Assembly: GCF_001194135.2 (NCBI RefSeq)
Contig: NC_068985.1
Span: 15,787,310 to 15,848,480, forward strand
DNA: 61,171 nucleotides
Direction of reading: 5' to 3'
From: Octopus bimaculoides
Taxonomy: Eukaryota
Position 1 is the stretch's first letter, and every line of letters starts with the position of its first letter. Position numbers and translations under genes: made by a program. This document shows, piece after piece, positions 1-12,049 of the stretch. A model generated the notes under the pieces. The model was not told the origin of the DNA. It did no database searches and saw only the letters and a program-made list of their open reading frames with translations.

Positions 1-46
<46 letters not shown>
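1..46. repeat. (TG)n microsatellite
   Basis: Direct reading. Confidence 0.98.
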
Positions 47-49
<3 letters not shown>

Positions 50-1996
50 AAAAGCAAGGCAGGACGAGCATCTCAGGTAATTTAGAGTATTTAATTAAAG
101 GTGAATCAAAAAAAGGAGAAGTAGAAGAATTCATCTATTTAATTACCCTTTGATAGCCTCCACACTCCACTTTGCCAAAACCTTAACCCCTGACCTCTCA
201 CCCGAAATAATCCTAACGGAGAATAACACCGGCCTTTTACCTCTTATTTTTGTTTTTCTTTATTTCCTTTCTCATTCTTTATATTTCCATTATTTATCCT
301 CTTTACTCGCTTTATATTTTTATCCTTATCTTTATCTCTATTATTCCCTCTTTCTTTTTTCTCTTCTCTTCACTGACTCACAACCTGTCCCCCCGCTTTC
401 ACTCTGATTTACTTCTTTATTATAACGCTTTGGTCTATCTAACTCTCTCTCTCTCTCTCAAATTATATACCCCTGCTGCTCAATTTCCTAACACTGTCTG
501 AACGTTAACTGCTAGATCTATTCCTTCAATCTGAATACATCACTCAAACTACTGCTTGGATATTCCTGAGATTATACTGAAGGAGGCCATTGCGCCTCTA
601 CGACATATATAAATGTTATAAGGTTTTAATGTAAAGCTAGTTTAAGAATATGTAGTATTTGCTCTTGGTGTTCGCTCAATACTAAGAGTAGAATCACATC
701 TATTGCAAATCCTACTCAATATGAACTTTATGATATGCAGAGGTGAATTAAATAGACAGAAAAGTAATTACCAAGAAAAAGTAAAAACTAGGTGACCTCA
801 TCGGTGTTGGTGCCACTTAAAAAAAGCAGCCACTATACTCTGTTAAGTGGTTGGCAGGTCATCTAGGTGAATATATTGTCGTCTAAATTACGCAAAAATG
901 AAAATAGTACTGCCATCTCATTTTAACAGATATATATACCATGTTATTTTCCATTCAAGTATAGCAGTATCTACCTGATGATCATTAAAATGCATTTCAT
1001 GGTGAATAAGATACGCTCCAGTATAATCTTAATAGACGTTAAAATATACTGCTATAATATTTTCATAAACAAGCTTTATAATATAAATGTACATCGATTA
1101 TAATGTCGAAATACATTATATTATGCCATTCTCATTGTCAATAAAATACTTTATTATCACAAGTGCATTACTATTAAAAATACCTAAAATCCACATCTTC
1201 AGATAAACTTTTATTGAAATATGCATAAATATATAAATATATCACCGACATTGCTTTACTTTCTAAACGAAAAGAAATGATACAGTTATCAAAGAAAAAA
1301 GACTTCATTTAACTAATTAACGTTAGCGAAAATACGTTAAGTTGATTTTAAATGATGTTCATATTTATTGAGATTAAACCTCAATTGAATATTCATTTTA
1401 GTTCAATGCTAAAGTATCAGTGAAATGTATTTTGATGACCGCCTTCTTCATTAATATTTATAGCTCATCGTTGAAATGCTATTGAATGGAGATATGAATT
1501 ATTCAATGTTTTATATCCATGTTATCACTGACGTTAGCATGAAATTCGAAGGGTTAAAGAACCACAAAAAATTTTCCATATGGATTTAATGTTTTTAAAA
1601 AGTTTGTATTGCCTCTGCTTTAATTCTGGGTTCCATGCTCGATTCGACAGGGCGAATCTGTTGTAAGAAGACTTCTGGCTTAGTTTCAGGTGACGGAAAT
1701 TTGACAGACGGAAACAAAGCGCACGCACACACACATGTACGCACAGCCACATACAAACATACATATGTATGCTCTTTTACATGTCTATTTGGTTCATTCA
1801 CTACGCTGGAGCGTCGCTTTAATGGGTTTTAGCCGGTTGCATCAGACATAATACTTATTTATATTAAAATCGGTACTTATTTTAACAATCTCTGCTGTAC
1901 CATACGGTTAGGTTGCAGGATAGAGAAACCGATACAGTTTTCTCAAAGTGTGTTTCATAAAAACTCCGTTTGATAAAACATATAGTTAGATATACA

Positions 1997-2163
1997 TACA
2001 TTTATAAATACATATTCATACACACACACACAGACACACATATCATACACACACACACACACACACATTCATACACATACATTCATACACATACATATAC
2101 ACATATTCACATATCATACACACATATCACACACACACATGTAAATTTGTATATATGAATATA

Positions 2164-2211
<48 letters not shown>
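1997..2211. repeat. Compound (CA)n/(TA)n microsatellite abutting an assembly gap
   Basis: Direct reading; N-run follows at about 2212-2353. Confidence 0.95.
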
Positions 2212-2473
2212 NNNNNNNNNNNNNNNNNNNNNNNNNNNNNNNNNNNNNNNNNNNNNNNNNNNNNNNNNNNNNNNNNNNNNNNNNNNNNNNNNNNNNNNNN
2301 NNNNNNNNNNNNNNNNNNNNNNNNNNNNNNNNNNNNNNNNNNNNNNNNNNNNNTAAATATTCGAAAATAATAATAAAAGGGTAAAATTAATTAAATTAAT
2401 TAATTAATCAATCAATTAATTAATGATTTTACCAAGTAGATCGGTACGTTAAAATAACCTTTATAGGTAAAAG

Positions 2474-3680
2474 GTGGACGTAATGTACCTTGACTTTGCA
2501 AAAGCTTTTGATAAAGTTGATATTCCACAAACTGTGTGATCTTGGGATAGCTGGAAAATTTGGAGTGGTTACTTGACTTTCTGAAGGATAGAAGTCAGGC
2601 AGTGGTGGCCAATGGTGCCACCTCAAAGGAAACATAAATAGTGAGTGGTTAGCCACAGGACACTGTCTTAGGACCACTGCTTTTCATAGTGGCCCACTCA
2701 GATATACCCTCAGCTGCCCGGATAGCCACGCTTGCTAACTACGCAGACGGCACGAAAGTCTCACAGAAAATACAAAACCCTAGCGATGTTACACGCCTGC
2801 AGCAATTTACAGATGGGCTGAGGATAATAATATGCAGTTTAATGCTGGAAAATTCCAAGCCCCGAGCTACCAGCATCCAAAATTGAATGTCAAACATACA
2901 GGATACATTGGCCTAGTGGGGATCACATTCCCAGAACCTAAATCAGTGCATGACCTGGGTATCAACATGAGTGATGATACCTCTTTCCAAGTGTACATTA
3001 TCAAGATGACAAAAAAGTGCAGACGGCTGGCTAGATCTTGAGAACCTTCAGAACCAGAGAGAAGGAAAACATGATGGTCCTCTGAGGACATTCTTTCTCA
3101 GCCGCCCCACAGTGTAAAATTAACAACGGACCTTGAAGCAATCCAGCGAAGCTACACAAAGAAAATCGTCTCATTTCAACAGCTCAGCTACTGGGTAAAG
3201 AAGAAACAACTAAGACTTTACTCCCCGGAGCGAAGATGGGAGAGATATGCAGTAGTATACATCTGGAAGATCCTGGAAGGGATTGTACCAAATTTTGGCA
3301 TTGAAAGCTTCACAAATGCCAGAACCAGTCGCCAATGCACAGTGCCAAAGATCCAAGACTGCCGTCGAGCTTCAGGACCAGTTACTTCAACAGCCTGGAT
3401 ATCAAGGGCCCACAACTTTTTAATATTCTCCCAAAGCACCCGAGGGATCTAAACAAAGTGGATGTAGGTGTTTTCAAAACAAAACTGGATCTCTTCCTCT
3501 TGAGAGTCCCAGATGAACCCACCTCGTGACAGGAGGCGCAAATGAGGGCAGTGACATCAAACTCCCTTATTCACCAAATGCCACATATCAGAGGAGGCTC
3601 TCAATAATAACAGTATAGCAAAACAGCGGTGCCCCAGCATGGCTGCAGCTTTGTACTGAAACCGATAAAAAAAAAAAAAA
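2474..3680 (+). mobile_element. 5'-truncated CR1-group (CR1/L2/Jockey) LINE: decayed reverse transcriptase, 3' UTR and A-tail
   Basis: Translates VDVMYLDFAKAFDKVD (2474), PQDTVLGPLLFIV, YADGTKV (YADD mutated) and GPQLFNILP...FKTKLDLFLLRVPDEP, with frameshifts and stops; ends in actgaaaccgat(a)n. Confidence 0.92.
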
Positions 3681-4237
3681 ATATATATATGCAATATATA
3701 AATTTAAAATTACTTAGTGGCCAAGTAAGGTCACCGGACAGTTTTATGCAAGGACCTTTTACTGTGTCCCAAAGAGGGGGCAGCAACTTTATTCTTAACT
3801 TCTTTTTTCAAATTTTACCTTCTCTATCACATTCCACTCCAGGATAAAATGTAGAATGTAGCAACCAATAGAATGAAGTGAATTCGACGAAGCTGATTGA
3901 TTTATTGAATATTGATGAAACATAAAATTAAAAGGTAAATGCAAGACAAGCTCGCGGTTGAATTAAACCAAAACGGACATCATATTTCTGATTGCAACAG
4001 CAAATAAAAAACAACAATAGTAGGTATCAGTTGTCTACTTGGAGTCAGTGCTGTATAAAAAAGACGTGAGAAGGTACACAATTAGGGACATGAATGAGGC
4101 GCTTACTAATACACAGCCTAAAATACTCTTTCAGTCTCATACCAGTTGTCATCAAAGTCACAGGCTATTATATCAATTCACTGTAGTAAAAGTATCGTTA
4201 AAAAAAATGCGAAATAATGCCGTGTGGATTGGAGCAT

Positions 4238-4268
4238 CCGACATTTCGGACAGAGTCCTTCTTCAAGG
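4238..4268 (-). ncRNA. Degenerate Penelope-type minimal hammerhead-like motif
   Basis: Minus strand CC-TTGAAGA-A-GGAC-tct-GTCC-GAAA-TGTC-GG: core-like, stem II, GAAA, GTC triplet and CC/GG stem I. Confidence 0.4.
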
Positions 4269-7200
4269 TAAAACTGACAGAAGGGGAATTTAATAAAAGA
4301 GAATAAAGTTCTACTTTCTCTGTATTTGTGTCTGAAACGCTGGATACTCCATTCCTCACGGCAATTTCACTGTACTCTTTCTGTCACTATGTTTCCTAAA
4401 GTTACAGGTCGTAACGATTCCCACCACCACTAGCCTCCTTGGATTCTATTCAATCTGTTTGCTCAAAGTATCGTTGCACTTAAATTTTGGGGACAGAGCT
4501 TCGCTCCATAAGGTTTCCGTTACAGATGATCTCTGTATCAGAAACAATAAGCAATTTACATGAATTTCCGAAAAGTGAAAGGGTTAATGATGGTTCAAAA
4601 GATGAGACATTTAAGACAGTTTTTTGCTACGCTTTCTTTCTTTATCTTTAAAACTGTGGCAATGAGCCGTTAATACTAAAAATCCACTCAAGAAGAGCAA
4701 CATAACATGCATCCTCACGTTCACACCTTTTAGTATTTGTGTTTACACGAGCCTGATTGTGTAAAATTTAAATCACTTTGACATAATCTGTTTAGGATTA
4801 CCTGAAAAGCTTAATTGGATTTCAACCTTCATGCAATTAGAAAGCTTTCGTCTTATCAGATAATCAATAAACGCATTTTGTCTAAACACCAATTTATTTT
4901 AATCACTACTGCGTAAAATGTTCGCTTTTAAAATCTCTTCTGTTTAGTTGATATCTTTGAACCGTCATTGAGTACCATCATATGCACTGACGTCATTGCA
5001 AATCCAGTGTAAGAAATCTTATGAAAGGCAGGAGGAGAGAAAGATTATAAAAGAAGTTAATGTGAGGCGTGATCAAAAGATTTGGTGAAGCTGTACATAG
5101 AACACGATAATCGTGAGTTATAAAATACAACTAAAAGTGTTATGTAGGGTTAAATATAATATTTTGAAATTACACCGACAGGCAGAATAAAGAACGGAAA
5201 ACAAAAGAAATGGCATCGAAATTTAATAATTTAAACTTCGTGACAAATCAATATGAAGATTTCCGTGTTTTCTATGAATATATTTGAGATTATTTATGTG
5301 AATATACATTAAGTTCCTCTCAACTGTGCACTTTAAAAATGACTACTATATGTCAGATAAAATTATTTTTCAACTTGTCAAAGGGTGACAATATCTAGCT
5401 GCTTGAATATTTAATGATAAACTGTTACTAGGTATTAGACTCAACATGAAATAGTTGTAATGTCATGCAATAGACTGTAAGGGCAGCTTTAAAGTCTTCA
5501 TTTGAATCATAAATCTTTTATAAGCTTGTGTATGAACACATGTTTGAGTATTAAAAACAGGAAATGTACTCGGCATATATGCCAGAGTTTATTCATTAGT
5601 TTGTGTGTGCGCTCGCTCAACCGTAGAAGTCTTTCATGTTATCGCTTGAATGAACTCACAGAAGCGCGGAACTTTAAATAGTGAAGAAATAAATCAACTT
5701 CAAACAAATAAATGAATATTTTGCATGTATTGAGTTCTTTTCTCCTGTCTGTGCATCCAAGTATGGAAAAACTTCGTTAAACTTCGTTAAACTTCGTTAT
5801 CGGAAAATTAAAAAAAAAAATACAAGGACATCAATCGCAATTTTGTGCTAAATGTAGAAGTGATATATCGCAGTATGAAAGATCTTGCCATTCACAAAAG
5901 TTCTTCACCAGGATGATCTAGAGTTTCATTTTATTGATCTTTATCTATCTAATGGCTAAGTCAACCTTGAACTAAAGAAATGTTACTCGCAAGGAATAAG
6001 CGCTGCTACATTTATTCAATACACCGATTTTGTGAAAAACATTCGCCGACATATGTTTATGCATTTTCAGAATGAGTAACCTTTACTGAATTTTAACCGA
6101 TCTACACAGCAAACACGATGTAGGAGCCTGGTTTGTTACCGCCAATATTCTATAATTTTGCAGTCGGAAAGTCCTCATTAGATCCCTTCAATGATGCGTA
6201 GGCTTTGACGTCACAGTTTAATTTTTTAATGACCTAATCAGAGGCGGAAGAACAGCATGAATAACACTTTTATGAAGCCCCGAGTCTATTGAGAAGAAAA
6301 CTTTGTGCACAGATCAGAAACTTATCTCCAAATGCTTGAAGCTGAGTTGATAACACTAAAGGAACCAATGAGCCAGGTAGTTGTGCTGTACGGGATGAGA
6401 GATCAAATCTGTCACTCATTAATTTAAACAGTGTCTTGGATGGTCTTAATTACGGTTTTCTTTCTAGTAAATTCCACTCGAGACATTTTTCAACTCGATG
6501 TTAAGTAAAAGACACCGGTTACGCAACGTGATTGCTCCGAAACTACATAGTTTCGAAGCCAACTCTGCACCTGAGTGTGTTTGGTTTAATATAAGACTCG
6601 TTTTGACACGATCTGGTTGTTGGCTACCTTCAGTGAAGCTCACTCTGTTGCAAGCTTTCCGAACTAGACCTCCGGATCACTCTCCACTCATATGTGCTGT
6701 CTTTGATCTGTAGATCTTTAAGCAGGTTATCATTCGCATCAGTCACACAAGGTTGGGTATTAGCTGCGTCAATTTCAGTCAATCATGGCATTCTGGGAGG
6801 ACCAACAGAGATCAAAAACATTGTCCTTCCTCCTTTGAATAAATTATATATATATAAAAAATAGCTTCGTTTGTATATCTATTGCTTGTTGAATAATGCC
6901 AATTTGGCAAGTTTTACTAATGTTTTCCTGTTCAGTTAGAAGAATGCTACGTCTGAAGTTAAATTTCTCTTTTAATAATTTAATAAGATTGAATGATATT
7001 GAATATTTAATATTAATGAAACTTTACAAATCTGACAGCTCACATATATACTTATGTATGTCAACAATAACATTACAGTCCACAGATATACAATTTACAC
7101 AAACTGTCTTCCTGTCTTTCGCTTTCAAATTATGAATAATAATTGAATCTACTATGATAAATAACATGTATATTGAGCAACAGAATTGTAACCTGTCTGA

Positions 7201-7363
7201 AATCACACTTCTGCGTATGTTTTAATGATGAAGCCAAGAATAACAGCCATTCATAATCTAGATTTATAATTTTGCTTTCTATTGTTTTAAGTTTTTAATG
7301 TATTTTATGTCGTATTGGTTTAATCACCTCCTATGTTTACTATATATCTATATATCAGCTTAA

Positions 7364-7674
7364 GGTTAGTTAGAAAATGTTTGTTACATATTTTAACTTC
7401 TAAAATCAAATTCACTGCAGTTACCGAGGAAAAAAAACCTTGTCTCTTATGGCGAAAGGCGTAAAACCACCATATCTACCATCGCTTTCCCCTAGCGATT
7501 TCCTAGATGCGCATTTCTAGGAATCGGCGCCATGTTGTGATTAAGAGTAAATGAATTTTGGGGTTAGTTAGGGTGTTTTTACACTTTTTACCATAAGAGA
7601 GAATTTTTCTCCATAGTGGTTGCAGCGAATTTGCCTTAAGAAGTTAAAATATGTCAAAAACGTTTTAACTAACC
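7364..7674. mobile_element. MITE with about 110-bp imperfect TIRs, Kolobok-like (TTAA target, GG termini)
   Basis: Left ggttagttagaaaatgtttgttacatattttaacttct... matches the reverse complement of right ...agaagttaaaatatgtcaaaaacgttttaactaacc; flanks are TTAA (7360-63) and TAAA (7675-78). Confidence 0.7.
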
Positions 7675-8419
7675 TAAAGTTCATTTATATCCTCACCACT
7701 GCTTGCGCTTATGTTGCTGTCTATATATAAATATGCTTTGTAGTCAACTTTGTATGAAGTGCATTACCTTGTATATAGCGGACCATTGTGATCAATAAAG
7801 AAACCATTGCGCATGCACGCACGCTCGGACGCTCGCACGCTTGCACAGATATGTATGTATGTATGAATGCATGCATGTATGTGTGTATATGCGTGTGTGT
7901 GTGTGTGTAGATGCATATACGTATACATGCACGCGCACACACAAACACATATAGTCTGGTATGTCTTCTTTCCTTACTAAATGTTATTAGAAAGTAATAA
8001 AAAGAGAAATACATTATATAAAACATATGCAGAGTATTTTCATCTGGATTTAACAAAAAAAGCATCGACTAAAATAAATAACAAAAACAATAGACTTTTA
8101 ATCAATACATTACAGTCAATAAAATTCTTCCTGAAAAACAACATGAAATAGCCTGCTGACGATGAATAATGTAAACATTATTAGCCATAGAATAATATTA
8201 TTTTAATTCTTTCGACAAGAAAGGGAAATAACACCGGATATGCTTCGGTTTTATCAGACCGCCACCTCATCAAGGAATCATGGACTCCACCGTATCTATT
8301 GAAGTAGTGACGACAGAATGACTACTGGAATGTACACTTAGTTTCAGGAAATAGAAACATTTCGTGAATGAATTTCTCTTAGACACAATCTGCATAGAAA
8401 AAGTTAAATTATTGTTAAT

Positions 8420-8905
8420 ATGCCTCAGCCATGATTGTGTATGTAGGAAACACGCTTTTCTAGTAAGTACCCGGTTTCGGGTTCATCCCCATTGCACAAC
8501 AACTTGGGTAAGCGTCTTCTACAATAGCCGCGGGATGACCAAGGCCTTGTGAGTAAATATCGTAGACGGAAACTGTGTGGAAGCTTGTTGTAGGCGTGGC
8601 TCTGTGGTAAGAAGCTTGCTTCCCAATCACATGGTTCCGGGTTCAGTCCCACTGCGTGGCACTTTGGGAAAGTGTCTTCCTCGGGCCAACCAAAGCCTTG
8701 TGAGTGTGTTATTGGGTCTGTATTTGTCTCCCGATCATCGCTTGTCAACCGTAATATAGCGGTTGAGCAAAGAGTCCGATCGAATAAGTATTAGGTTTAA
8801 AAATACGTTCTGGGGTCGAATTGTTCGAAAACAAAAAACACTTGAATGTAGTGCTCCAGCATGGCCGCAGTCAAATGACTGAAACAAGTAAAAGAATAAA
8901 AGAAC
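8420..8905 (+). mobile_element. SINE family A: degenerate head copy followed by a near-full copy (8590-8905)
   Basis: tRNA-like head with A box TGGCTCTGTGG and B box GGTTCAGTCCC; tail gtgctccagcatggccgcagtcaaatgactgaaacaagtaaaagaataaaag. Confidence 0.88.
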
Positions 8906-9204
8906 ACACATATNNNNNNNNNNNNNNNNNNNNNNNNNNNNNNNNNNNNNNNNNNNNNNNNNNNNNNNNNNNNNNNNNNNNNNNNNNNNNNNNNNNNNNN
9001 NNNNNNNNNNNNNNNNNNNNNNNNNNNNNNNNNNNNNNNNNNNNNNNNNNNNNNNNNNNNNNNNNNNNNNNNNNNNNNNNNNNNNNNNNNNNNNNNNNNN
9101 NNNNNNNNNNGAATGTAGTGCTCCAGCATGGCCGCAGTCAAATGACTGAAACAAGTAAAAGGTAAAAAATATGCAATGTATTCTTTTCTTTTCTACACTT
9201 GACA

Positions 9205-9396
9205 CAATTTTAGGGGGAGTGGGGGCTAGATGATTAGATCGGCCCCAGTTTGCAATTGGTACTTAATTTATCGACCCCGAAAGGATGAAAGGCAAAGTCG
9301 ACCTCGGCGGAATTAGAACTTAGAATGTAAAGGCAGACGAAATACCGCTAAGCATTTCGCCCGACGTGCTAATGATTCTGCCAGATCGCCGCCTTA
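9205..9396 (-). mobile_element. SINE family B
   Basis: Reverse complement of aaggcggcga..ggcagaatc..tagcac..gaaatgcttagcgg..gtcgactttgcctttcatcctttcggggtcgataaattaagtacc, a pattern seen in over 12 copies in the window. Confidence 0.9.
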
Positions 9397-9465
9397 AACA
9401 TGCAATGTATTGAGCTTCAAAAAGTCAACAAGAAAAACTTATGTGAAGGGGAAAATGATGATTAA

Positions 9466-9665
9466 AATGGCGATCCGGGAGAATCGTTAGCGCGTCGAAC
9501 AAAACACCTATTAGCATTTCTTCCGACGTTGTGAGTTCATATACCGCAGCGGTTGACCACGACGTTCATCCTTTCGGAGTCGATAAAATCAGTGCCAGTT
9601 GAGTACTAGAGCTGATGTAATAGACTTTCGCCCTCCCCTCAAAATTGCTGGTCTTGAGCCAAAAT
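9466..9665 (+). mobile_element. SINE family B (diverged)
   Basis: gagaatcgttagc...ttcatcctttcggagtcgataaaatcagtgccag...aaaattgctggtcttgagcc. Confidence 0.82.
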
Positions 9666-9947
9666 ATTATTGTGATTACTGAGGCAAGTACGGGAGACAA
9701 ATCTGAATACGTTTCCTTCATATAAGATCTTATCAACGAAGCACAGTCTTCATAGTAAATGTCGAAGAATTATTTAGTAAATTGACAATAATGGTTTGAG
9801 TATGGAAAGAGAAATGTCCAGAGAATGAAGTGTTTTTTGACACTATTGGCTTTAAAACAAAACAATAATTATGTTTGTGTTGACATTTTATGCGGCGAAC
9901 TTCAAAACATTAAAACAAACTGATATGTGCCAATTTAAATTATACTT

Positions 9948-10558
9948 GAATCTTTTTTAAAACGGGGGCCACATTTTTCATTAACGAAACACTTTGAAAC
10001 TTGGAACACTGGTAGAATGTGTCATATAAAACATCTTTTTCTCTTAGTCTTCTTAAAAAAAAAAGAAATCCCTAAGTTATTCCATGTTAAAGTTGTCGTA
10101 TTTCTGTAATTTCAACCAATCACTGACGTCCATTCAGCCGATATACATTAAGTACCGACTACATAAACAAACGATTCTGAAACAATTCTATCGGTGATAG
10201 GGTTAGGGTTAGGGTTAGAGTTAGGGTAAAACAGCAAATTTAAAAAGAAAAAAGCAAATAAAACGAAGAAAAAAAAAAGAAAATGAAAAAAGCAAATTTA
10301 AAATGAAAAAAGCAAATAAAACGAAGCTATGGTTTAATCAGTCAAAGGAGTAAACATAAACAACTGAATACTTGTCAGTGATTGGTTGAAATTATCGAAA
10401 TAAGACAATTTTTTACATGAAATAAATTCGAATACAAAAATATTTTTCTGTTCTATAACACAAAATAGATAAGTATACGAAGTTTGAAAGTCTTTCGGTA
10501 CCAAAAACACTACGTAAAACATTAATGAAAAATGTGGCCCCCGTTTTAAAATAGATCC
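9948..10558. mobile_element. 611-bp MITE with 8-bp TSD and internal (GGGTTA)n
   Basis: TIR g(a/g)atct(t/a)ttttaaaacgggggccacatttttcattaa at both ends; direct repeat TTATACTT at 9940-9947 and 10559-10566; inner IR aatttcaaccaatcactgac. Confidence 0.88.
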
Positions 10559-10984
10559 TTATACTTAATTGTGAGAGTGAATTAGCATGTAGAAAGCCTG
10601 TAGGAATCGAACCTTCACTTCGTCGTTAATACTTTAGTTCTATAACCATTGTACTATTCAGTCTTATCAAAGCAATATGTCACTCACCCATCGGTAGCTG
10701 TATAGCGGAACGTTTCGAAGTTTGAAATCGTTTTGAATATTTACACATAAGAAGTTCTTTTATTTCTGTTTGCTCTGATTTTACTTCGAATCGATTATTC
10801 AAATCCGTACGAAGCCACAGTATACTTACGTCTATAGCAATTCTACGAGCGCTCGTAGATGTACAACTACAACGAATCCGCTTATGTATAAGGATTTAGT
10901 GGAACTCACATGTGTAGAAATTCGACGATTTGTCACATCTAAAAGAATTCACGTATTCATATCTGTAGCGTGTCCACCAGGCAG

Positions 10985-11175
10985 TGTCTAATTGCTCGGA
11001 CCGCTAGACATAGCCGATACTCTCTCTCAAATCATATGTTGCAGTTAAACAAAGATAGAATACATTGGAAAACGTAGTTCTTTTCAAATACAGAAAAAAA
11101 AGAGCAGTTGGTCACACCTGGATTATTTCTGATAATAGAACTACTTCATTAGGGCTAAACCCGGCCTAAACAACT
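10985..11175 (+). mobile_element. Interspersed repeat family D (SINE-like, CAA tail)
   Basis: Shares ctagaaatagc...ggtcac..ctgga...ctaaacaac with copies at about 12850, 24925, 37575, 38505, 52880 and 58005. Confidence 0.6.
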
Positions 11176-11652
11176 ACACCTCACATCTGGGTTTTGTATA
11201 ATACGCATAACATTTTTGTGTTATTAGCATCCATCGCTTATTTAAAAGTAATAAGCGGGTACTTAACGTATATTTTTAAGGTAAATTAACCAATCTCACT
11301 TTGAAGATGGCGCAATAGTTAAAAAAAAATTACCTTATTCTTTGATCACAACTATATCTAAATTACTATACGTGTTATTAATGAGGACATTTCAATTTAT
11401 TAAGCAATAATTCAATGAAACAGAACATAATTTGCAAAGAGTATACACGAAGAAAACGAAGAAAAATAAACAAAAACTGAATCAATATTTTAGCACCCAA
11501 GTAAGCCTGATAGTTGGTATCAAAGAATAAGTTAAATTTTTAATATTATTCACCAACATAGGAGAAACATACATTTCGTCTGCAAAGTGAGACGGGTGTG
11601 ATGGTAAGAATTTACCATTCATGTGTGTGTCTTTGAGTTTCTTCTTGTCGTC

Positions 11653-12007
11653 ACCATCGCTTAACAACCAGTGTTGATTTGTTCATGTGCCCATAACGTA
11701 GCGGTTCGGCAAAAATGATCAATAGAATATGTACCAGACTTAAAAATACTGGGGTCGATTTATTTATCTAAACCCTTCAGGGAAGTGCATCAACATGGCC
11801 ACAATCAATAACTGAAACAAGTAAAATATAAAAGATAAGTAGCATAGGCACAAGCATTGCTGTGTGGTAAGAAGCCTGCTTCCCGACCACATGGTTCGGG
11901 GTTCAGTTCCACTGCGTGGCATCTTGGGTACCTGTCTTCTACTATAGATTCGGGCCAACCAAAGCCTTGTGAGTGGATTTGGTAGACGGAAACTGAAAGA
12001 AGCCCGT

Positions 12008-12049
<42 letters not shown>

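Noticed and set aside
4039-4293. ORF containing AVWIGASD, resembling a C-type lectin WIG motif
   Set aside because: There are no conserved cysteines or downstream lectin motifs, and the same bases are better explained by the Penelope-type motif on the opposite strand.
5768-5799. 10-bp tandem repeat aacttcgtta x3
   Set aside because: An ordinary slippage duplication with no further structure.
8844-9165. Identical 51-bp SINE tail on both sides of the 8914-9110 gap
   Set aside because: Probably an unmerged contig overlap or haplotype artefact rather than a real tandem duplication.
10199-10228. (GGGTTA)n as a chromosome end or fusion scar
   Set aside because: It is only about 5 units and lies inside a TSD-flanked MITE.
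11562-11603. 42-nt AG...GTAAGA candidate exon
   Set aside because: The donor-like tggtaagaa is probably a remnant of the SINE A head motif.
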